DNA of 64,000 nt from Chthonomonadales bacterium (GTDB lineage Bacteria > Armatimonadota > Chthonomonadetes > Chthonomonadales > CAJBBX01), in NCBI GenBank assembly GCA_037443035.1, contig JBBIPC010000004.1, positions 89,602 through 153,601 on the forward strand, in the 5' to 3' direction. A model generated the notes under the pieces. The model saw only the letters and a program-made list of their open reading frames with translations, was not told where the DNA came from and made no database searches. The position numbers and the translations under genes are program-made. Shown piece by piece: positions 23,147-32,061 of this stretch (position 1 is its first letter; every line of letters begins with the position of its first letter).

Positions 23147-24456
23147 CCCATGGCCCGTCCGACACCACTGTCGGCGGGGAAGTCCACCGGGAACTGTCTC
23201 CGGAGGATCTTGCGTCCAGGCACTTTCGCCGTAACTTCGGTTTGTTGATAGCGGAAGCCGGTGCATTCATGGCCGGGATCGCATTCTTCGATGGATCTAC
23301 TGTCTACCCGCTGCTCTTGGCTAGGCTGGGTGCCAGCGACGCTCTAGTAGGCGGCGCACGTCTCGTCCAAGTGCTAGGCTTCACACTCCCGGCGCTCTTC
23401 GCCGCACACTACATCCACGGTCGAGCGAAGCACAAGCGCTTCATGCTCACCACCTGTGCCCTGGCCCGGGTGCCTCTATGTACCGTGCCAATCGCGATCC
23501 TCTTCGTCAGCCCCAAACATCCGAGCATCGCTTTAGCTTGCGTATTCGCCGTCATTGCATTCTTCTATCTCATGGACGGCGCCTGCGCAGTGTCGTGGTT
23601 CGATATTGTCGCGAAGACGATCCCAGCACGTGTTCGGGGGCGTTTCTTTGGTGTCATGCAGACCACGGCAGGTCTGTTCGCCATAGGAGCCGGTGTGGCG
23701 GTGCACCACGTCCTGCGTAGCCCAGCACTGCCCTACCCAACGAACTTCGCTCTCCTAGCTAGCCTCTGGTTCGCTGGTGCGATGATGTCCCAGCTCGGGT
23801 TGACGCTTGTCTACGAACCACCCGGTGCAGAAGCGTCTCCGGACTCACGGCTGACCCTGCGCGACTATCTTCGCCAGGCCGGCCCCCTGCTTCGCTCGTC
23901 GCCGCGGCTGCGCGCCCTCATCATCACCCGCGTCTTGCTCGATGGTGCAGGATTGGCCGCTCCGTTCTACGTGCTCTTTGCCCAGCGAGATCTCGGCACG
24001 TCGTTGCAGATGGCGGGTGTGTACACCATCGCGCAGAATGCCGGCCGTGTCAGCACAGGCCCTCTTTGGGGGTGGCTCAGCGATCGCATAGGGACAGGCG
24101 CCGCCGTACGTTCCATCGCGTTCTGCATCGTGCTGACGCCATGCATGGCCCTGCTGGCGACGACACACACCGCATGGATAATGATTATCGTGTTCGCCCT
24201 GATGGGCGCTGTCATGGACGGGGTATGGATGGTCATGTCCACCGCTCTGCTCGAGGCCGTGCCCGCTAAGGACCGCCCCCTCGCGGTTGGCGTCGCCAGC
24301 GTCTGCCAGACACCTAGTGCCGTGTATGGGCCTCTCGGTGGCGTTCTGGCAGGGAAAACGTCGTACCGATTCGTGTTCGCCATTGCAGCCACCTTCGGTC
24401 TGCTCGGTCTCATCAGTGCTCTTCGCTTACGGACGGCACGATGCGGACCTCAGTAA
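23143..24456 (+). CDS. MFS transporter
   Basis: About 12 hydrophobic segments, RVRGRFFG, GPLWGWLSDRIG. Confidence 0.85.
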   Translation: MTHGPSDTTVGGEVHRELSPEDLASRHFRRNFGLLIAEAGAFMAGIAFFDGSTVYPLLLARLGASDALVGGARLVQVLGFTLPALFAAHYIHGRAKHKRFMLTTCALARVPLCTVPIAILFVSPKHPSIALACVFAVIAFFYLMDGACAVSWFDIVAKTIPARVRGRFFGVMQTTAGLFAIGAGVAVHHVLRSPALPYPTNFALLASLWFAGAMMSQLGLTLVYEPPGAEASPDSRLTLRDYLRQAGPLLRSSPRLRALIITRVLLDGAGLAAPFYVLFAQRDLGTSLQMAGVYTIAQNAGRVSTGPLWGWLSDRIGTGAAVRSIAFCIVLTPCMALLATTHTAWIMIIVFALMGAVMDGVWMVMSTALLEAVPAKDRPLAVGVASVCQTPSAVYGPLGGVLAGKTSYRFVFAIAATFGLLGLISALRLRTARCGPQ

Positions 24457-24471
24457 GGAGGTAATCCTGTC

Positions 24472-26469
24472 ATGTACGGAGTTTGCCATAGCTTCCTCAC
24501 GGCTTGCGCGCTGTTCTCTCTAGCCATCGCGGCCACCACCCTTCAGGACCAGGAGCTTGGAAAGGGCGACGTCCTCTTCATGGAGAGTCGGGCCCTGCGC
24601 GTCTCGGTGGATCCACAGAGTAGTTCTCTGGAGGTCCTGGACAAGCGTTCGGGCGTCGTATGGCGGCAGCCTCCACCAGAGGGTCGGGGCGACCGTAGCC
24701 GGTTCACACGCGCCTACAAGGCAGACAAGGCCATACGATTCCAGACGGTGTCAGGAGGAGCGCCCATGGACGTCCTTCTGTCCTTCTCCGCAGACGGCAC
24801 GGACTTGGTCGTGGACACCATCGCTGTGGACCCGCGCACGAAGTTTGGCGGGGGATTCTCCCTCGATGTGTTCATGCCCAGGTCCACGGACGCGCATATC
24901 GCCATCGCGGACTACTGCGACGGGCACCTCTACCCCATCACTCTGCAGGGCTTCCCCGCCACATGGTTCGCCGGCGACCGCCTGGACATGCCGTGGGTTG
25001 GCGTGTGCGAGGGACTCAACGGGCCTGGGTACGCCATGATCCTCGAAACAAGCGAGGACAGCTGCGTCGAACTGCGACCGACGACCGTGGGCGGTACTGC
25101 CTGCCGCTTGCCGCGCGTCGGCTGGCTTCCATGCAAGGGTACGTTCGCCTATTCTCGCCGCTTGCGCTACCGCTTCGTGAAAACGGGTGGCTATGTGGCG
25201 CTGGCCAAGGCCTACCGCACATACGCGAAAGAGCAGGGGCTGCTGGTCACACTACGCGCTAAGGCTGCGCGCAACCCGTCCGTAAGGCGGCTGTACGGTG
25301 CGGTAGACGTGTGGGGCGACGCCTCCGTCGGCTTCGCTACCACAGCCAAGGAGGCGGGCGTGGAACGGATGCTGATCCACGGCAGCGCGCCGCCGGACGA
25401 CATGCGAAAGGTCAACGAACTCGGCTACCTGACCAGCGACTACGACAACTACACAGATATCCTCCCCGTCGAGCAGGGCAAGGAGCCCGACAGCACGCAC
25501 GACTATCTTCCGAACGCCGCTGTGCTCAAGGCTGACGGCCAACGTATGGAAGCCTGGCTTACGTATGACAAGAAGACGCAGTATATGAAGCGCTGTCCCT
25601 CTCTTTGGGTGAGTCGTGCCCGCAGCGTGATCGGCAAGGTCCTGAAGGAGCGTCCGTTCCTCGGCCGGTTCATAGACGTGACGACAGCCGAAGCCCTCTA
25701 CGAATGCTATGACCGCGAGCACCCATTGGATAGACGTGCAAAGCGGCAGTGTGGCGAGGATCTCCTCAAGACAGTTCGCGGAATGGGGTTGGTCGTCGGC
25801 GGTGAACACGGGATCTGGTGGGCGGTACCCTATCTCGACTACATCGAAGGGATGATGAGCAGCTACCAGTTCGCGTGGCCGGCGGGCCATCTGATCCGCC
25901 CGAAATCCAAGGACGAGCAGTTCGCGGGACCCTACGGCACATCCACATGGGACAAGTACGCGCGTTTCGGCATCGGTCACGAGCTACGCGTTCCCTTGTG
26001 GGAGCTAGTCTTCCATGATTGCGTGGTGTCCACGTGGTACTGGGGAGACTCCAACGACTTCCTAATCCGCGCGGCCCCGGAGTACACCGCCAAGAAGGAG
26101 GCGTTCAACGTTCTCTACGGCACCATTCCCCTCCTCTGGGCCAGCAAGGAAGGCAGCTGGAAGACAGACCGCGAGCTATTCCTCCGTATCGTGCGGAACA
26201 CGTCGCCTGTGCATCGGGTTGTGGCCGAAGCGGAGATGACGAGCCACCGATTCCTGACGCCCGATCGAGCGGTACAAGAGACACGGTTCTCCGACGGCAC
26301 GGTGTGCACGGCGAACTTCGGTACCGTGCCTTACCGCATTCGCATACAGAGGAAGGAGTACATCCTCGGCCAAGACGGCTTCGCTGTCTATGGACCGTCC
26401 CTCACCCACGTCCGGCATCTCGTTGACGGAAAGGAGGTCACGACGACAACGCCATCCTCGAAGAAATGA
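24472..26469 (+). CDS. Exported DUF5696/GH129-like glycoside hydrolase
   Basis: Signal peptide; YDNYTD, RFIDVTTA, VGGEHG, VPLWELVFHDC. Confidence 0.65.
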   Translation: MYGVCHSFLTACALFSLAIAATTLQDQELGKGDVLFMESRALRVSVDPQSSSLEVLDKRSGVVWRQPPPEGRGDRSRFTRAYKADKAIRFQTVSGGAPMDVLLSFSADGTDLVVDTIAVDPRTKFGGGFSLDVFMPRSTDAHIAIADYCDGHLYPITLQGFPATWFAGDRLDMPWVGVCEGLNGPGYAMILETSEDSCVELRPTTVGGTACRLPRVGWLPCKGTFAYSRRLRYRFVKTGGYVALAKAYRTYAKEQGLLVTLRAKAARNPSVRRLYGAVDVWGDASVGFATTAKEAGVERMLIHGSAPPDDMRKVNELGYLTSDYDNYTDILPVEQGKEPDSTHDYLPNAAVLKADGQRMEAWLTYDKKTQYMKRCPSLWVSRARSVIGKVLKERPFLGRFIDVTTAEALYECYDREHPLDRRAKRQCGEDLLKTVRGMGLVVGGEHGIWWAVPYLDYIEGMMSSYQFAWPAGHLIRPKSKDEQFAGPYGTSTWDKYARFGIGHELRVPLWELVFHDCVVSTWYWGDSNDFLIRAAPEYTAKKEAFNVLYGTIPLLWASKEGSWKTDRELFLRIVRNTSPVHRVVAEAEMTSHRFLTPDRAVQETRFSDGTVCTANFGTVPYRIRIQRKEYILGQDGFAVYGPSLTHVRHLVDGKEVTTTTPSSKK

Positions 26470-26521
26470 GAGGTACCTTCGCCAGCAGGCGTGCTCTGCC
26501 CTGGGCTGCGCCCCGCTGCAT

Positions 26522-28018
26522 TCACGCGCCGGTCTCGCCGGTTGTATCCGATGGGGCTGCGGACACGTCGGCCATGGCCAGCAGGATGTCCCCGGAAACA
26601 GTCTTGGCCTCCACGCTCCCACCGCCTGACCCCACTGTACCCGTCAGCACTACAGCGGTCCTCATGGCATCGGGGGCAGGGTGATCGCAGTGAAGCCTGC
26701 CGGTGCGCGTGCTCAGTGTGTAGCGGAAATCGCCACCGGTGGGAATTGCGATCCGAATATCCCCTGACACTGCACCTGCCTCCACCCGCCCTGCGAACTG
26801 ACCTGCCAACTCCACATCGAGGTCACCGGAGACCGACTGAGCCTGGAGGCGCTCCGTCTCGATCCTCCGAGCGGTGCCGTCTCCAGACACGGTCTTGAGG
26901 AACACGTTGCCCCGAGCATGGATGAGCCGTGTGTCTCCCGAGACCGTCTCGATCGTCAAGTCTATCGGCGCCGTCGAGCCGAAGTGCTCGAGGATGATAT
27001 CACCGGAGACCGTACGAACCTCGGCGGATGTCCCTTCGACGTGCGTTGCAGAGACCGCTCCACCTACGCTGGCAATCCGCACTCCTTGCCGCAGATCGTC
27101 CGCCGTGACATCACCGCTCTTGGTACTGACCGAGACCGCTCCTCCAGAATCGTGTACCCGAACTGCACCGCTGACCGTTTCGACGGCCGCCGGACCCGTT
27201 AGCGCATCCAGCACCACTTCTCCGGAGGAGGTATGACACTCTATGTTGCCGGCGATATTCTCGACGCGTACCTCACCAAACGTCGTCGCGACCCGAACGG
27301 ACGTGGCTGTAGGAACACGCAGCGCCAGGTCCACCAGGCCGTCCCGCCAGTCCTCCGGCGTTTCCACCCGTATCCGAACCCTGAGTCCCTGATCGCCCCC
27401 TATCGTGGCCTCTTGCTCGTCCACGACCACCGCCGCACCAGCCAGGCGAGCCTCCGCCTCGGCCGCTGCCTCAGCCCATCCGACCTTCTGGATTTCTAGA
27501 GAAGGGGACGATTCGCCGCCAACGACGAGAACGGTGCCAACTGCGTTGAGCACTTCGACCTCTAGGAGCCCGACGGCGCGAAGCTCTCGCCGTTCGACTT
27601 GTCGCGTTGTTGGCAATCCATGCACATTCACCGGAGGAGTATCCCCTACCTCCGACCAGCCCAGGTTCCACTCGCGCATGCGAGCCTGCCAACGCCGCCC
27701 CTCCTCCCGCATGTCTCGCAGTATCCTCTCCGCGTCAATCTTGCCTAGAGCCTCGCTGATCTGCCTGCCCAGGCCACCAAGGTCGAGCGTCCGCCCCCTG
27801 CGACGCCCCCAGGAGAATTCGAACGACCGTTCCGACGTGGACCCTTCTGCGCGGTCGGTTGCATGCTGCCGTCCACCTGCATTCGTCCCCTGCTGGGTGC
27901 TGCTCCCCTCGGACGCCGACGTGGTCCTTAGTGCAGCGATGAGAGACTCGGCCTCCTTGGCGGAGATCTTGCCCTCCTCCAGCATCTTCAGTATCCGTGT
28001 AACGTGTTCGTCTGCCAT
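26522..28018 (-). CDS. DUF4097 beta-strand repeat protein with N-terminal SHOCT-like helix pair
   Basis: ILKMLEEGKISAKEAESLI; many TVSGD/TxSGxV repeats; start moved to ATG 28018. Confidence 0.82.
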   Translation of the reverse strand: MADEHVTRILKMLEEGKISAKEAESLIAALRTTSASEGSSTQQGTNAGGRQHATDRAEGSTSERSFEFSWGRRRGRTLDLGGLGRQISEALGKIDAERILRDMREEGRRWQARMREWNLGWSEVGDTPPVNVHGLPTTRQVERRELRAVGLLEVEVLNAVGTVLVVGGESSPSLEIQKVGWAEAAAEAEARLAGAAVVVDEQEATIGGDQGLRVRIRVETPEDWRDGLVDLALRVPTATSVRVATTFGEVRVENIAGNIECHTSSGEVVLDALTGPAAVETVSGAVRVHDSGGAVSVSTKSGDVTADDLRQGVRIASVGGAVSATHVEGTSAEVRTVSGDIILEHFGSTAPIDLTIETVSGDTRLIHARGNVFLKTVSGDGTARRIETERLQAQSVSGDLDVELAGQFAGRVEAGAVSGDIRIAIPTGGDFRYTLSTRTGRLHCDHPAPDAMRTAVVLTGTVGSGGGSVEAKTVSGDILLAMADVSAAPSDTTGETGA

Positions 28019-28094
28019 GGCAGTCTCCCTTCGACGGACGCGGCGCTGGGCCGCAGATCTGAACCCATGACCCTCTGCATGCAGACGGAAAGGG

Positions 28095-28505
28095 CTACGT
28101 CTCGCGAATACGTCGCGTGGCCTCCTCGGCGGTAATCTCGCCCCTATCGAGCTGCTCCAGTATCTCGCGCCGACGGTCCTGGACCTCCCGCTGACGCGCC
28201 GGCGTACTCGCAGGCTCGACTCCGCCCTGGTTCCGAAGCTCCAGTTGCTGCAGAATCCCATCCAGACGCCTACCAACTGTAGGTGTCGAGACGCCAAGTT
28301 CGCTGGCCGTGCCAGTGAGATTTCCGCGATTGCGTAGAAACACCTCCAGCAGCCGTACCTGTTCCGGCGTTAGGACACAGAACCGACACGGTTCGAAGGA
28401 GTTCCGTATAACTGTCTGACACGTGCTGCACGCCAGCTCCGTAATGCGGAGCTTCCCGTGGCACACAGGACAAGTGCTCAATACATGGATCATGGCCGCT
28501 TCCAT
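28095..28505 (-). CDS. DUF2089 family Zn-ribbon/HTH protein
   Basis: CPVC..CSTC, FLRNRGNL..ASELGVSTPTV, C-terminal ILEQLDRGEITAEEA. Confidence 0.85.
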   Translation of the reverse strand: MEAAMIHVLSTCPVCHGKLRITELACSTCQTVIRNSFEPCRFCVLTPEQVRLLEVFLRNRGNLTGTASELGVSTPTVGRRLDGILQQLELRNQGGVEPASTPARQREVQDRRREILEQLDRGEITAEEATRRIRET

Positions 28506-28658
28506 CTCCGTCCATTGGCATTACGTTCCAGGTGGCGCGTGGTTTCGCATCCACTGATGATGAAGGATGCGTTCGAGACGTGCATGGTTCCAGGTGTAGT
28601 CGGCGTCCGTGGGAGGGAATATGTGACAACGCGCGTATCATGAGGTAGTCTGCAAGCG

Positions 28659-29306
28659 ATGAACCTTTCTGCCATGCCATCTGCGGAGCGCTCGCTCGAC
28701 AAGCCCGCCCGTCGCGGTGGACTGTTCGTGCTCTCCGGTCCCAGCGGCGTGGGTAAGGACATGGTCTTGCGTGAGCTGCTGGGAGCGCCCAACACCCTGC
28801 CGCGCCTCAGCCGGGTCGTGACTGCGACGACACGTCCTCTTCGTGAAGGCGAGGTAGATGGTGTGGACTATCACTTCCTTACCCGGCAAGAGTTCTTGCG
28901 TCTCAGCAGGCGTGGCGGGTTTCTCGAGATGGTGGAATACGCCGACGAGCTGTACGGAACACCGATCGAGGGCATTGAGCGACTGCGCGACGCTCGTTCC
29001 GACGCAATCCTGAAGATCGAAGTGCGCGGAGCGCAAGCAGTCCGGGAGCGCTTCCCCGATGCGGTACTCGTTTTCCTTGCACCTCCGTCCTGGGAGGATC
29101 TGGTTGCCCGACTCAAGGCTAGAGGGGCGGACGACCCAATCTCGCTGGAAGAGCGCCTGCGCATTGCCAAGGAAGAGCTGGAAGCAGCCAAGCACTACGA
29201 CTACATTGTTGTGAATGATTTCATTAGCCGGGCCGTGGATGCGCTTCGAGCCATCATTCTCGCCCATCGCCTCCGGGTCACCGCCGAAGAGCCGGATGCG
29301 GAGTGA
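28659..29306 (+). CDS. gmk: Guanylate kinase
   Basis: VLSGPSGVGKD, TTRPLREGEVDGVDYHF, YGTP, FLAPPS. Confidence 0.95.
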   Translation: MNLSAMPSAERSLDKPARRGGLFVLSGPSGVGKDMVLRELLGAPNTLPRLSRVVTATTRPLREGEVDGVDYHFLTRQEFLRLSRRGGFLEMVEYADELYGTPIEGIERLRDARSDAILKIEVRGAQAVRERFPDAVLVFLAPPSWEDLVARLKARGADDPISLEERLRIAKEELEAAKHYDYIVVNDFISRAVDALRAIILAHRLRVTAEEPDAE

Positions 29307-29309
29307 GCC

Positions 29310-30167
29310 ATGCCCACTGTTGTAGGTGTCGTCTTCCGGCGCTTGGGACGCCCGTACTGGTTCGATCCATCAGGCTTCGATCTCGAAATCGGTGATCGCG
29401 TCATCGTGGAGACGCTTCATGGTCTCGAAGTCGGGACCGTTGCTACGGCGTGTCGGGACATCCCCGAAGACGAACTCGAGGCACCCCTTCGACGAGTACT
29501 TCGTCCCATGACGGTCGAGGATGAAGCCCAGCACCAGCGCAACCTCGACCGTGCGAGGACCACGCTCTCCACCGCCGCTGAGCGAGTAGCCCACTTCGGC
29601 CTTCCGATGAAACTACTCACAGCCGAGTACACCTTCGACTGCTCCCAGGTGACGATCTACTTCAGCGCCGATGGGCGGGTCGACTTCCGCGAACTGGTAC
29701 GAGACCTCGCTGCTCGTCTGCGAACACGAGTCCAACTGTATCAGGTCGGTGCCCGGGATCATACCCGCATGATGGGAGGCTACGGTACGTGCGGAAGACC
29801 ACTGTGCTGTAGCACTTTCCTCAAGGAGTTTGCACCTGTCTCCATGCGAATGGCCAAGGATCAGAGCCTATTGCTGAACCCCGTGAAGTTCTCCGGTGTC
29901 TGCGGCAAGCTCATGTGTTGCCTGCGCTACGAGCACGACGTATACACGGAAGCGCGTACCCGTCTGCCTTATGTCGGCGCAAGAGTGGCCACCCCGCGCG
30001 GTACGGGTACGGTCCTGGCTGTCTCTGTAGTCCGGGACGAAGTGACTGTGTCCTTGGATGACAGCGAAGCGCAACTGACACTCCCCGCTGCCCAAGTGAA
30101 GGGTGGCTGCTGCGGCCGATGCAGTAACCAGTCGGCATCCGACCTCGGAGACCCCTCCTCTTCTTAG
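29310..30167 (+). CDS. PSP1/YaaT (RicT) family Fe-S protein
   Basis: RVDFRELVRDLA, GTCGRPLCC, SGVCGKLMCCLRYE. Confidence 0.92.
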   Translation: MPTVVGVVFRRLGRPYWFDPSGFDLEIGDRVIVETLHGLEVGTVATACRDIPEDELEAPLRRVLRPMTVEDEAQHQRNLDRARTTLSTAAERVAHFGLPMKLLTAEYTFDCSQVTIYFSADGRVDFRELVRDLAARLRTRVQLYQVGARDHTRMMGGYGTCGRPLCCSTFLKEFAPVSMRMAKDQSLLLNPVKFSGVCGKLMCCLRYEHDVYTEARTRLPYVGARVATPRGTGTVLAVSVVRDEVTVSLDDSEAQLTLPAAQVKGGCCGRCSNQSASDLGDPSSS

Positions 30168-30210
30168 AAGTCCGCTGTCCTCGCCTCCTTTTCTCGGCAG
30201 TCCAGCCATA

Positions 30211-30304
30211 TTGTGTATCTCATCACGAACTTGCTGTCCCACTGGGTGGCAGAGCACCGGCAACGCCTTGGCAATGCGTAATAACTTTGCACGATTTTTC
30301 ACGA
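30211..30304. promoter_or_regulatory. Two candidate Rex- or CRP/FNR-type operator sites
   Basis: TTGTGTATCTCATCACGA (30211-30228) and TTGCACGATTTTTCACGA (30287-30304) in an AT-rich patch. Confidence 0.45.
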
Positions 30305-30320
30305 AAATGCCCCAACCCTC

Positions 30321-30350
30321 TTGCATTGAGTGCGCGAGGCGTGATAGCAT
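30321..30350 (+). promoter_or_regulatory. Putative promoter of the hdr-mvh operon
   Basis: TTGCAT, 18 bp spacer, extended -10 TGnTAGCAT. Confidence 0.45.
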
Positions 30351-30567
30351 ACATACAGATCGGCAGACTCCAGCCGCTAGTACTTCCTGGCAAGACAAGT
30401 GCAAGGCAATCCCGCCGTCCTTCGGGGCGTGCGTGACGATAGCAAGTGCAAGACCAGGCAAGTTCATGCAAGACCAGCCAGGTCACCGTGTGTGACCCTT
30501 CGAGGCACGCACGGGCGACTGGCGAGAAAGGAGGCAACGCGATGTCCTGTCGCGTGCGATGCCGATC

Positions 30568-31134
30568 ATGAGACGACAGATCAAGTATCAGGCTGACACC
30601 CTCCCTGAATGGGGTGACACTATCAGCCGCGAGCCGGGCTGCGAACGCCTGTATGCCTGCATACAATGCGGAACCTGCTCTGGCACATGCCCGGTTTCCA
30701 TCTACATGGATCTCTCACCACGCCGCGTCATGGCACTTGTGAGAGAGGGTTTTCGCGATGAGGCGCTGGCATCCCAGACTGTCTGGCTCTGCGCGTCATG
30801 CTACGGATGCTCGGCTAGCTGTCCGCAGAAGATTGGCGTGGCAGACGTCATGTATGCGCTCAAGCGGGAGGCCCTGAGCCGCGGAATCTACCCGAAGAGG
30901 ATGCCTGTGCCGGTCCTCGCGCAGGAGTTCTGCAAGATGGTTGCTCAGCGAGGCCGCAGTTCCGAATTCTGGCTCGTGCTCCGTCTCGCGCTGCGGACTA
31001 ATCCACTGGCGCTCTTCCAGCTGGCGGGACTGGGTTGGAGTCTCATGCGTACAGGAAGGCTACACCTGGGCCGCGAGAGCATCTATCGCCGCTGGGAGCT
31101 GCCCAACGGTACGCGACCAAAGGAGGCACACTAG
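30568..31134 (+). CDS. hdrC: Heterodisulfide reductase subunit C-like
   Basis: CIQCGTCSGTCP and WLCASCYGCSASCP 2x[4Fe-4S]; start 30559 or 30568. Confidence 0.88.
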   Translation: MRRQIKYQADTLPEWGDTISREPGCERLYACIQCGTCSGTCPVSIYMDLSPRRVMALVREGFRDEALASQTVWLCASCYGCSASCPQKIGVADVMYALKREALSRGIYPKRMPVPVLAQEFCKMVAQRGRSSEFWLVLRLALRTNPLALFQLAGLGWSLMRTGRLHLGRESIYRRWELPNGTRPKEAH

Positions 31135-32061
31135 ATGGGAGCTGACAGACCACCCAAACCGGACGTGTACCTCTATTACCCGGGATGCTCCCTCAAAGGC
31201 ACAGGCATCGCCTACGAGGAGAGCATGCTGGCCTTGTTCCGACTGCTCGAGCTGCCACTGAAAGAGCTCACGGATTGGAACTGCTGCGGCGCAACGACCT
31301 ACATGGGTACGGATGCCCGCCAGGCCTTCCTCCTAGCAGCCCGAAACCTCTCGCTTGCGCGACAGGCAGGTGGATCCGAGATCGTGGCACCATGCAATGG
31401 CTGCTACCTGGTGCTTCGGAAATGCATGGACTATGCCAGCAAGTATCCGTCCGTCTCCAGGGACATTCAGCAGTACCTCGACGGTGCCCATCTGCCCACG
31501 CTAGACGAGCCGGTGCAGGTACGCCATCCCCTGGAGGTCCTCTACCATGACGTCGGCGTGGAACGGCTGAAGACCGGTGTCGTGCGGAAGTGGGCGGGCG
31601 GACCCGTTGCCTGCTACTACGGCTGCCAGGCCGTCCGACCCTATAGTGATGTGGATCGCGAGAGCAATCCCACACGGATGGACGAGATGCTGGAAGCGGT
31701 AGGTGTCGAGACAGTTCCGTTCCCCCTCAAGACCAAGTGCTGCGGAGCCTCGCATACAGGAACGGTACGCGAGATTGGTGTACGCCTCAGCTACATCCTC
31801 CTTCGAGAAGCAGCACGACAGGGAGCGAAGGCGGTCGTGACCATCTGCCCGCTATGCCAGTTCAACCTGGACCTCTTCCAGTCCGAGATGCGTAAGCAAG
31901 ACCCTGAGCTCCCACCTATGCCGATCCTGTACCTGACCCAGGTGTTAGCCTGGCTCCTGGGTGCTGACGCGACGGACATCGGCATTCACCGATGTGTGGC
32001 CGGTGCCGATAGCGTTCGGACGTGGTTCACTGAACCGAAAGGAGCAGTTACTCATGCCTAG
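31135..32061 (+). CDS. hdrB: Heterodisulfide reductase subunit B-like
   Basis: YYPGC/WNCCG/PCNGC and YYGC/KCCG/CPLC double CCG domains. Confidence 0.92.
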   Translation: MGADRPPKPDVYLYYPGCSLKGTGIAYEESMLALFRLLELPLKELTDWNCCGATTYMGTDARQAFLLAARNLSLARQAGGSEIVAPCNGCYLVLRKCMDYASKYPSVSRDIQQYLDGAHLPTLDEPVQVRHPLEVLYHDVGVERLKTGVVRKWAGGPVACYYGCQAVRPYSDVDRESNPTRMDEMLEAVGVETVPFPLKTKCCGASHTGTVREIGVRLSYILLREAARQGAKAVVTICPLCQFNLDLFQSEMRKQDPELPPMPILYLTQVLAWLLGADATDIGIHRCVAGADSVRTWFTEPKGAVTHA

